A stretch of DNA of 64,000 nt from an uncultured virus (IMG/VR IMGVR_UViG_3300022660_000083). Its lineage: Duplodnaviria; Heunggongvirae; Uroviricota; Caudoviricetes. Positions 1 to 11,000 of the stretch are shown piece after piece; within the stretch, counting starts at the first letter, position 1, and every line of letters starts with the position of its first letter. Under the pieces are notes generated by a model that was given only the letters and a program-made list of their open reading frames with translations, did not search any database and was not told the DNA's origin. The stretch lies in IMG/VR virus record IMGVR_UViG_3300022660_000083; one strand, written 5' to 3'. The position numbers and the translations under genes were made by a program.

Positions 1-72
1 CCTGTAGAATATGTTGATTGGTCTAGTATGGGATCAATTGATTTTTCTACAGGTATTGCAAAAACTAATTAA
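1..72 (+). CDS. 3' end of an upstream gene (PVEYVDWSSMGSIDFSTGIAKTN*), probably part of the SipW operon
   Basis: Frame-1 open reading ends at TAA 70-72, 2 nt before the next ATG. Confidence 0.6.
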   Translation, partial: PVEYVDWSSMGSIDFSTGIAKTN

Positions 73-74
73 AA

Positions 75-566
75 ATGAAGAAGAAATTAACATTTAACAA
101 TATTATCACGATTGTATTGTTAATAGCAATATTTCTAATTTTAACTTTATTATTAACTGGACATAGATTATACTATGTTAGAACAAATAGTATGGATCCA
201 GATATTCCACAATGGTCTTTGATTGTTGATAAAACATATAAAAACAAAGATATTTTTTATGATAAGGTATCTGTTGGAGACGATTTAACTTATAAAACAG
301 AAAGTGGTACTGTTGTTACACATCGAATTGTATTTATTGATGAAATAAATGATGTAATAACAACGCAAGGTATTAATGGTGATGCTGCGTTAGATAAGAG
401 TATCTCATTTAGTCAAGTATTAGGTGTTGTTACATTCTCAATACCAATGCTCGGATATTTAGTTGTTTTATTAAAAACATGGTATTTTTGGACAATGCTA
501 GTATGTTTAATTATGATTGGATTAATAATTAAATTTATCATAAAAGAATCAAAAAATAATAAATAA
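75..566 (+). CDS. sipW: Signal peptidase I, SipW/ER-type (S26)
   Basis: N-terminal TM, catalytic Ser motif VRTNSMDP, GD box, VTHRIV His motif, TQG..D, C-terminal TM. Confidence 0.85.
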   Translation: MKKKLTFNNIITIVLLIAIFLILTLLLTGHRLYYVRTNSMDPDIPQWSLIVDKTYKNKDIFYDKVSVGDDLTYKTESGTVVTHRIVFIDEINDVITTQGINGDAALDKSISFSQVLGVVTFSIPMLGYLVVLLKTWYFWTMLVCLIMIGLIIKFIIKESKNNK

Positions 567-592
567 TAAATCTTTAAGAAAGGAGGTATTAT

Positions 593-1345
593 ATGACTAA
601 GAAAATTAAAATTAGTGCACTATTTTTGCTGCTATTTTTAATTGTTTGTTTCGCAACTTATCAAACATATTCATATTTAACTGATTCAAAATCAGTGTCA
701 TATGAATTTGAAATTGGTGAAGTAAATGGTGAAGTAAATGTAACTGGGGCTGAAAATGTCGAAACAGAAGTTATCAATAATGATTTAGTTTACATTCACT
801 ATATTGATGATTTTATAACAAACAAATATGGTTTACTTGATAAAGTAGCATCACAAATAAAAGTAGATATTGCAATAAATAATGATTTTAATACTAGAGT
901 TAAAATAATGCTTCCAGAACTTACTGATTTAGAAGGATTAGTATATTTGGTTATTGATGATACAGATGCTACAAAAGATTTAGAAATTAAACTTCAAATT
1001 TTAAATGGAAAATTACAATATGGATATTTAGCTGATGGTGCAACATCAGTTACATCATGGACAGATTTATTAGATATTAGTAGCTTAAATGCTTCTTCAA
1101 ATAATGAAACGTTTAGAACTTTAATTAATAATTATAATAAAGAAAAATTAGTAAATCTGTATGAAGATAACAAATATAAAACAGGAAATATGAATTTTAG
1201 AGTATTACTATGGGGAGATTATTATAGTTTATCTAATACTAATAAGTCACAATATTTAGATAGATCATATCAATTCACTCTTACTGCAAAGGTAATACAA
1301 GCAATAGATGATTATGGAGGTGAGTTAGATTATGAAAATGATTAA
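593..1345 (+). CDS. Secreted protein with SipW-class signal peptide (TasA/CalY-like)
   Basis: Basic N-terminus, hydrophobic core, then TYSYLTD; C-terminal FTLTAKVIQA strand; RBS AGGAGG; directly after sipW. Confidence 0.65.
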   Translation: MTKKIKISALFLLLFLIVCFATYQTYSYLTDSKSVSYEFEIGEVNGEVNVTGAENVETEVINNDLVYIHYIDDFITNKYGLLDKVASQIKVDIAINNDFNTRVKIMLPELTDLEGLVYLVIDDTDATKDLEIKLQILNGKLQYGYLADGATSVTSWTDLLDISSLNASSNNETFRTLINNYNKEKLVNLYEDNKYKTGNMNFRVLLWGDYYSLSNTNKSQYLDRSYQFTLTAKVIQAIDDYGGELDYEND

Positions 1346-2033
1346 AAGTAATTATTTTTTATTATTTTTGCTATTTTTAATCTTTGTTATAATTAGTACT
1401 ATTACAACTTCACTTGCATGGTTATCAATTGAGGGAAGTAAAGATGTTACCGCTAAACCTGGTACATTTAGTGTAAGTACAACATTATCAAAAAATGTAA
1501 ATGATACGAAAGAAGAAATTGAACCAATTAATGGTGTTTATAAATTAAATGGTTTATCAAGTGAAAATAACGAAAATGCTAAAACTATTTTAGGTAATGA
1601 ATATTTAACTCAATATCAAAGACCTTTAATTGATAGTATTAGTTTGAATATTTCTTTAGATGCTGAAATACCAGGATATATGAGAGTAAAATTACAAGAT
1701 GAATGGATTGTAACAAGAAAATATATTAACTTTGATAGAGAATCAACAGAGATTATTTTTAAAGATCAATCAACTCATCAACTTTACAAACTTGCACCTG
1801 GATGGGTTTATGATAATGATACAAACTTTTTCTATTATTATAACTTAATAGAAAAAAGTGATGGTCCAATTGATATTCCATTCATTGTAAGTGGAGATCC
1901 TTATGCACCTAAAACAAGTTCATACTATGTAGAAACTTGTGAAGTTAATATTTCGGTAAGTGTGCAAGTAGTTCAAGCAAATAGATTTGAAGCACTTTGG
2001 GGTATTGCAAGTATACCTGGGGCTACTATGTAG
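1332..2033 (+). CDS. Secreted protein with SipW-class signal peptide (TasA/CalY-like)
   Basis: Hydrophobic leader then TTSLAWLS; YMRVKL motif; C-terminal VSVQVVQA; overlaps the previous gene. Confidence 0.65.
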   Translation: MKMIKSNYFLLFLLFLIFVIISTITTSLAWLSIEGSKDVTAKPGTFSVSTTLSKNVNDTKEEIEPINGVYKLNGLSSENNENAKTILGNEYLTQYQRPLIDSISLNISLDAEIPGYMRVKLQDEWIVTRKYINFDRESTEIIFKDQSTHQLYKLAPGWVYDNDTNFFYYYNLIEKSDGPIDIPFIVSGDPYAPKTSSYYVETCEVNISVSVQVVQANRFEALWGIASIPGATM

Positions 2034-2045
2034 GAGGTGCTTTAA

Positions 2046-5000
2046 ATGAAGAAAAATTTAAATTTAATTAAAAAAATAACCTTTGGATTATTATCCCTAA
2101 CAATATGTGTATTTACTTTTTCAATTGGTACGGATGATTTAGTTTCTTCAAAAAATAAAATTATTCTTAGTGCTGATACATGGAAAAGTGAATTAGTAGA
2201 AATTAAGAGTTATACAGATTCTAACAACATTAAGTTTGTAGATATTAGTGAGTTAGTAGAATTAGATAAAGATGGATTAGTAACTGCCGTTAAAGATCCT
2301 ACAACAGAAATTGATGCAAATACGAAGATTATAATAAATGATGGGTTAGGAATCTATTATTTCTCAGAAATTTGTAATGAAGAATTTGCAAACGGAACAG
2401 CAAATGCTTATTACCAAACTTATTTAAGTAGTAAATATATTCTTGGTGCAAATATTGATTATGAAGATGCATCAAAAACATTTAAAATGTTAAGACCAGT
2501 TGGATGGAAAGAAGGAATTCCATTTAGTGGAGAATTTGATGGTGATGGGCATACTGTGTCAAACATTTTCTATCGTCCATTTGATAATGAACAAGAAGTT
2601 GTAAATGATTATCCAGGTATGGTATATTTATCATGGTTTTCTCAAAATACTGGAACAATTAAAAATATTGGGATTATTAATCCTAATATCATTCAATATG
2701 ATATTTATGATCATGCGATATTCGTTTCTCCATTTGTTGGAGCAAATGATGGTATAATTGAAAACTGTTATGTTCAAGATTTAAGAGGAAATGAATCTGG
2801 TATATCTGCTGAAGGTGGATATGAAATTTCTATGTTTGTATCTTTCAATAATGATAAAGGAATAATTAGAAATTGTTATACAGCTTCTAACAGAATTTCT
2901 GCTACTTCAGTTACTATGTCAGACTCTGGTCATAGACACCCATTTGTTGCACAAAACAACAATGCTACAGGTATTACAAATTGCTATTTTGATAGTGAAG
3001 CATTGACAAAATATACAACTTATGATACTGCACTAATCAGTGGTGTAACAGCTCTTACAACAGCTGAATTTTTAGATACAGCAAAATTTAAATATACTGA
3101 TAATTCTGATAAACAAATTTGGTTTTCAAATGCAACATATCCTACAACGTTTGCGGCATATTTAAAAATAACTTATCCTGTATTAAGTGGATTTGCAGTT
3201 GATAATGATGGATATTTTGTAATTGAAAAAACAAGTCAATTTATTTATATGTCAGAATTAATTGATGAGTATCAAATATTTAGAGAAGCAAAATATTTAC
3301 TTGCTAATACAGTTGACTTAAAAACAGTAAAACCAAATTCTTATGTGTTTACGCAAAAAGTATTTAGTGGAACAATAAAAGGTGGTCCAAAAGGTAATAG
3401 TAATTATAATGTTACTTTAGCTGATGGATCTATATCACAAAAAAATTCGATTTTAAATTTAGAAATTAATCAAGGTAATTCATATCAGGGTTATCGTTGT
3501 TATGGGTTATTTAGCGTTTTAAATGGAACAGTTGAAAATATTAATATCGTTAATGCAACGATTACAGAATACGATATTGAAACTGTCAATATGAATGAAA
3601 TTAATACAGTAGGAACTGTTTGTGGATTAATGATTGGTGGAAACATTAAAGATGTTGATGTTTACTCAACTATCTCGATGGAACAAGAAAAAGATTCACC
3701 AACGTTCTTAGGTGCTCAATATGTTGGTGGAATTGCAGGTACTGCAACAGCTGGTAAGATTGAAGCTTCAACTGCAAGTGGAACTATTAAAGCCTCAACA
3801 TATACTCCAACTTCAAACTCTATGGCAGAAGAATTATCACATTCAATTGGTGGTATTTTAGGTAAAGCTTTAGGAAATGATGGAGTTTCAAATTGTTTAA
3901 ATAATATTTCTATTACAGGTATTAATTATACTTCTAATCCTGGAAATAGTATTAAACAATATCTTGGGGGAGTAATTGGAAGTGGACATATTAAAAATAC
4001 TTTTGAATTACAAAACAATGCTAATATTACAGTTGGATCAATTTCAACTGGTACATATTATTCTTTAGTATATGTAGGTGGAATAATTGGTAGAGTAAGT
4101 AATGCGGAAGAATCAAATGGTGTTTATAATAATAATGCAAACATTAGATATTATGTAAATGACAATAATTATAAAGCATACATTTCTGGTGTTATGAATG
4201 TTATTGATGAAGAAATTGCACCATATGATACTTTCAATACTACTGAGACTTATGCGAATATTCAAAATTTAATAAATAATCAAACACCATATGAATTTAC
4301 AAGTTTAACAAGTGGTGGTACATTATATATTGAAAATTATTTATCAGCAACTAAATATCCTGCCAAATATCAAGTTATAACTACAATTAATAATGGTATT
4401 GACATTAGAGCAGCAGGACTTGTTTATTCTTATTTAACGAAAATCAATGTTGTAGGTGCTTATAATTTAAATGATCATTATGAATGGGATAATGGAAAAC
4501 TAAATAAAGTTGAAAATGATCCACAGTTTATTGACATATCAATGATGGATGAATTTGCTCCTACATTTAATGCAGATAATATGGTTACTTATCTAAATAG
4601 AAACTTACATTTAGACACAAATTATCTACATTCAACATCAGATGTATTTGACATAAATAGTACAAAACTTATGTCAACAATTAATTTGGAAAGAGTTTAT
4701 AACTATAGAAATGTTAATTACATAACAAATAAAATAGTTAACTCTTATATGTTACAATTATCTGGATGTATAAATGGAAGAAACTTTAATTTAAAGAATA
4801 TTAGAAATGATGGAGATATTAAAGTTTACTTTACAGAAAATACTTATTCTAATATGACAATGAATAATGGTACATATTATGATTATTTTGGCGATTTTAA
4901 AAAATTAAAAGTTTATGGCGTAATGGAAGAAGTAAGTTTAAACCATACCGCTAAAGATATTTATAATGGGGGAAATATAACTGTTTCATCAGATGGAACA

Positions 5001-8000
5001 ACAAATAGATATTTGTCAAACTTTAATTTATACATTGGTGGTATTTGTTATAAAAATGTTGGTAATGACCCTGCAGCAGAACAAGAGTTAATGATTGAAA
5101 GCGGATATGTAGGAAGTTTACACAATAGTATAAATAATGGAGAAATAAGAGTTACAAGTGGAAACATTTTAACTTCTACTCAAACTCAAGCAGGTGCTTT
5201 TTATGGAGTATCTAGAATTGGTGGTATTTGTGCTTTTAACGCATCTACTATTTCTTCTACATTTAATTTAGGAAATATCTATAACATAAATTATATATTT
5301 AGCACAGATGGTACCGGAGGAGGATATTCAGCAAACTTCGAAGTTGAAACTGGAGGATTCTGTTTCGGTCAACAAAATGAAGTTTATAATGCTGCTGGTG
5401 ATTATACAAGAGCAAGTATTATAGACTCAGCAAATAATGGAACAATTGTATCTTTAAATACAAGAAATTCGAATGTTACTTGGGTAAATGCTTCTGGTTT
5501 TGTTGCGAGAAATGACCGATGTGAAGATGGGGAAACAGTAGATAATACGGAAACAAGTAAGAACCCTCATGAACAAAAGATAGAGTATAGTATTAATTAT
5601 GGAGATATTTATTCATATAATTCATATGCGAATGATAATATTACAGGTAGTTCTGAACCACAATCAAAAGCTGCTGGATTTGTTTGCTTAGGAGCTTGTA
5701 CAATTGTCGATGTAATAAACTATGGAAATATTTATTGTAGTGCAATAGCTGGTGGAATGTATGGAATTGTATACTTTGACCGTATGAGAAATGCAGGCGC
5801 AAGTCAAAATAGTCCTATCTATATTGCTAACTCAATTAATTATGGTAAAGTTGATATAATATCACGAACAGATACAAATAGAAATGCTTTATATACTATT
5901 AATAAAGGAGCAAATACTTTAACTTTAGTAAATGCTCATACTACAAGTGCGAATTCAACTCATTATCCTGTTGGTGCTTTAATTGGAATGCTTAGATCTA
6001 ATAATAATCAAAATGACTTATATGCTTTAAATATTAAAAACTTAGTAAACTTCTATGATAGTGTTGATATTATTGGAAGAGTTTACCAAATGTATCAATA
6101 TCCCGAAACTCAAATTAGAGTTGATACATTAGAATACATGGCGACAACTAAAACAGCAGATTATTCTCCTGCACCGTTTAACACTGACAGAACAAATTAT
6201 AATTACGGTATTAAAGCTTACAGTAAAGATACCGCAACTGGAAATCCAAATTTAACCAATAAATGGTCTAAAGAATGCAATGGTGGAATTTTTAATGAAA
6301 GTTATACTTTAAGAACACCTCCTGCATACGTTGATGAAAACGGAAATGTTGTAACTGAAATTGCTTTAGCGGATAAAAATAATACTGACAACTTTATTGC
6401 GGATTATATTCAATTTGTCCCGTATAGTAAAGTTAATGATTATTTGGTTCAAAAAATTGGTTTAAAAGACACAGTATTAAAAAATGCTTGGGATCTTGCT
6501 GTTAATAGTACAAGTGTCATTAAATCGATTATTGAAATAAAAAATAAAAATAATACTGGTTCTTTACAAGATATTTATGAAGAATTAGTAGAAAACGAAG
6601 AAGCAAAATTAATTTCTAGTAAACAAGAAATTATTCAAATCTTTGCAAATGAAATTAAAAAAGGTTCAATCACAAGTAGTGATTTAAATAATATAATCAA
6701 TATTTTAACTAATAATGGTAATGATTTATCTAACTTATCTAATGATTCTTTAAATAATATTTATTCTGATTTATTATTAGATAGCGACTTATTAAATACT
6801 CAAATTGGTTCAGAAAATAAAACAGTGTTAGATGTTTTATATGAATATCTTGTGGAAAATAAAGATAGTTTTGTTACTGCAGAAGGTGATACAAATGATC
6901 CGATTAATTCGATTTTGGGTAATTTTGCTGATCAAGCTTCTTCTGATGCAGAAAAACAACTTGTAATTAATATTTTTTCATCATTGATAAATGACGATGA
7001 TACATTACAAAATTATCTAGATTCTTTATCACAAGCAGAAAAAGAAGAATTAGCTAATAGAATATATCCATATGTAATGACTAATGATGAAGTTATTCGT
7101 GCAATTGGAGAAGAGTATTATGATAGTTTAAATATTACAACAAGTGATGAATTGAATACTCTTGTAACTAACTTAATCACTGCAAGACGAAATAGTAATT
7201 CCACATTAACGGACTATCCTATAACAGATGAAGAATATATAGATATGTATAATAGTTTCTATGTTGAAAATTATACAAATGCACAAGTACAAACGGCGAT
7301 TAATAATTTGACAAATGCTCAATTAAGAACTTTTATTGATTCAATTAATGCTGGTGTTTCAGATACTTCCTCAAATCTATACCAATTTATGGATAGTGGT
7401 AGAAACAATTCAACTGGAATTATATTACCAGCAACTTCAACAAATTATGTTGCAGTTGTAAACTCTACAACAGGTGTTTATTCATCTGGTTCTACAGCTG
7501 GTACTGGGGAAATTTATTCTGGTTCTTATTCAACTATTGCTAGTGCAACCCCAAATAATAAATATGAGGTTTTAATAGTTGAAGATGATTACTATACAAC
7601 ACAAAATTATGGATCAACATATAACTATTGGACATATGATAATAGCACTTATAGAGGTCAATCAAATAGGTGGTTACCAGATAATGATACTTATTATGGT
7701 ATTTTATATTCAGGACAAGCAAACACTTTAAATGGTGGTTTAACTTTTATATCTACTGGTGTTTATGCTACAAGAGCACAAGCTAATAATGGTGGATTTG
7801 GCCAACCAACTAGATATAATTATTCTGCTATACAAGTTTGTACTTTTATTGATTATGGTTCAAGTGCCATTGCTAAAAATGATGGAGATTTAACCAAAGT
7901 AGCTTTAAGTCAAATGTTAACTTATGCAAATAATAATCAAAATACTACATATTTACAAACATATTTATATAATATGTATGTTAATAGTCAAACAACAACT

Positions 8001-11000
8001 GGTAAATCTGAGTTTTTAAAATTATTATTTGGAGATCAAACTGTTTCTTTAAATGAAGCGTTAGATTATATTCAAAATGAAGCAACTAATGCTGTTGCGA
8101 CAGATGTTGAAAATTATGCTAATTATATTTTAGATAATGTTTCAGATACCTTATCTCAAGGTAATATTGTTAAATTATTTAAAGGTACAAATGGTTCTAA
8201 TTATACAAATGTATTATTTGAAATGATTAGAGCATATGATGCTTCTAATTATGAATTAGTTAAAGATTTAGTTGATGATTTATATGAATTAAGAACTGGT
8301 CTTACTAACTCACAAAGAACAAATATTAATAACAACATAGTTGATATTTTATCAGATGATAGTATAACTAATCAAGATAAATTAGATGTAATTAATTATT
8401 ATTCAGATGATTCTACAAAAGAATATGCGGTTTCTTATTTAATTAAAAATGGATTATTGAATGATGAACAATTATCAAATACTCTTTTAGAGTTATTAAA
8501 TAGTGACATTACATTATTACAAAACCAAAGTATTAATCAATATTTAAATGATGAAATATTTAGTTCTGTTATTGCAGTTTTAATTAAAGGTGATGAAGAC
8601 TTATTTAAACAATACACTGGTTTAACTAGTTCAACTACTATTATTGAGGATTTAGAAAATTTAGGCATTGATTCTGCAATAGTAACTGATAATACTGGTA
8701 TTTATGCTCTTGCATCATCGCATGGTATCTTAAATGGTCTATTCTTACCAGATAATATTGAATTAATTAAAATGGATTATTATTACGAAGATGATGAAAA
8801 TAACTTAGTTAATGATCCAACATGGCGTGGTGGTACTACTGATAATCCTAATTATTATGATGAAAATAATACAACATGCGTCAACTATAAAGTTTATTAT
8901 GAAATGAAACAATTAAAGAAATCTATTGCAACTATTATCTTTAACATGGAATTAGTTGATGAAACAGTAGATGATAATGGAGAACAGTTAGAATATGAAA
9001 ATGTTTTAACTAATAATCCTGAAACAGATTATATTTGTAATGAAAAAGATCAATATGGAAGTTTAGTAAATGAAGTTTATTTCTATGTTCCTATTAATCA
9101 TAATATTTTATCTAAAGATAAGATTTATATTAATATGATTCTTGGAAGTTATGAATTATCTTATGGCGCAACATTTGATACTGATACTGACAAATTAGAA
9201 ATAACTGTCCCTGATACATTAAGCGTTGGACAAAAACTTTCAGATACATTTGTTGTTCAAGCAGAAGATGATAAAGTAAAAACAGAATATACATTATATA
9301 TTGTTATTACTAAAGCTTCATACTTAGATCCAGTAAACAGTGTTTCTGCAAATGGTGCAAATGCGACTTATACAGAAATTGATACAACACCAGTTGACTC
9401 TGATGTTGTAACTACTGATGTTATTGTAACTACTGATGTTTTAGGTTATAACGGTGTTCTTCGTGTGACTTATGGTACAGTAAACTTAATTAATAGATCT
9501 AATTTATTACAATATGTTAATGTTTATAAAACTGAAGGAACTGATATTAAAGCTGCTTTAGAAAATAAAGAATTATTAATATTAGATGAAAATTATTATT
9601 TTAATAATGTTTTAAATAATGGTATTGTCGTGATTCCAAATTATGATGAAGATGATACTGGATTTAATAGCCAAACAAATGGTTATGATAATGGTACTGT
9701 ATTCTTTGATTTAAGTATTGATAATAATATGCCAGGTGGTACTTATTTAATAGAAATTTCTTTAAGTAAAACTACTAAGTACTATGTATTATTTGATAAG
9801 GCAAAGAGTACAAATTCTCAATTAGAAAGTATTACTTATAATGGGCAAACATTTATAAATTCTGTTGATGGAACAGATAATTCTGCTAGTCATGCTAAAC
9901 ATGCTTATGGTACTGTTCTTACAGAAAGTGATTTAAAATCTATTACAGAAGGCAAACCGAATTATCTAGATGAAATTGTTATTGCTCCACTTGCAACTTA
10001 TGTAATTGATAGCGTAACTGTTACAGAAGATGCTGGTGTAAAAACATATCAAATAGTATATACAGTTACTGCTGAAGATGGTGTATCAGAAAGTACATTT
10101 ACTCATTATATAAGTGAAGATACTTATAATACGAATATTCAAAAAGTTTATATTAATGGTGGAATTGTTATAAATGAAGAAATCACGAAACCGGATAGTG
10201 GTTATGTTTATACTGATTCTTTTGCGAAAGATGAAACACCATCATATAAATTTGAATATGATTTATCAGGTTTCTATACTACTTTAAATTCTGAGTACTT
10301 TAATGTTGTATTCTATGATGAAGCTGGTGTAGAAATAAAAGATGAAACTACACTTGAATTATTAAATTCATATTATTCAATTAATATAATTGAAGGAGTT
10401 TCATTCGAGGTAAGCTTCTATCAAGAAGCTGAATCATTAGCTTATTATTTTGGACTTGTATATGGTAATAAAGTTACATTTAGTAATGGAAATGATATTT
10501 CATGGAATGTTAAATTCGATATTGTAGAATTAATTAAATTAAAAAATACTAATTCATACTTTGATAATGTTACATTCTTATCAGAAAGCGTTGTTTCAAG
10601 TATTAGAACAATGATAACAATAGAGGATATTTCTATTGAAGACTATACAAAAATGTTATCAGATCCAACAAGAGAAATTGTTTCATTACCTGGTCAAATT
10701 CATTACAATAAATATGCAATTGAAACAAATAAGCAAGATGCATTTTACATGATAGGGTTAGTTAATAAAACTCAATTAGATTATTATATGCCAACATTTG
10801 ATTTACCGGATGGTGCATCAGTTTATCGTACTGAAACTATAAATGGTGCTATTTATAAATATGTTCCTTATTATATAGATAATCAACAAGAATTAACAGC
10901 TTTCTTAATTAGTGAAGATGGAAATACAATTTTAGATTCTTTAGGTAATCAAATTGCGGTAACAGTAAATGGTAATCAAATTGTATATGATGGTAAAACT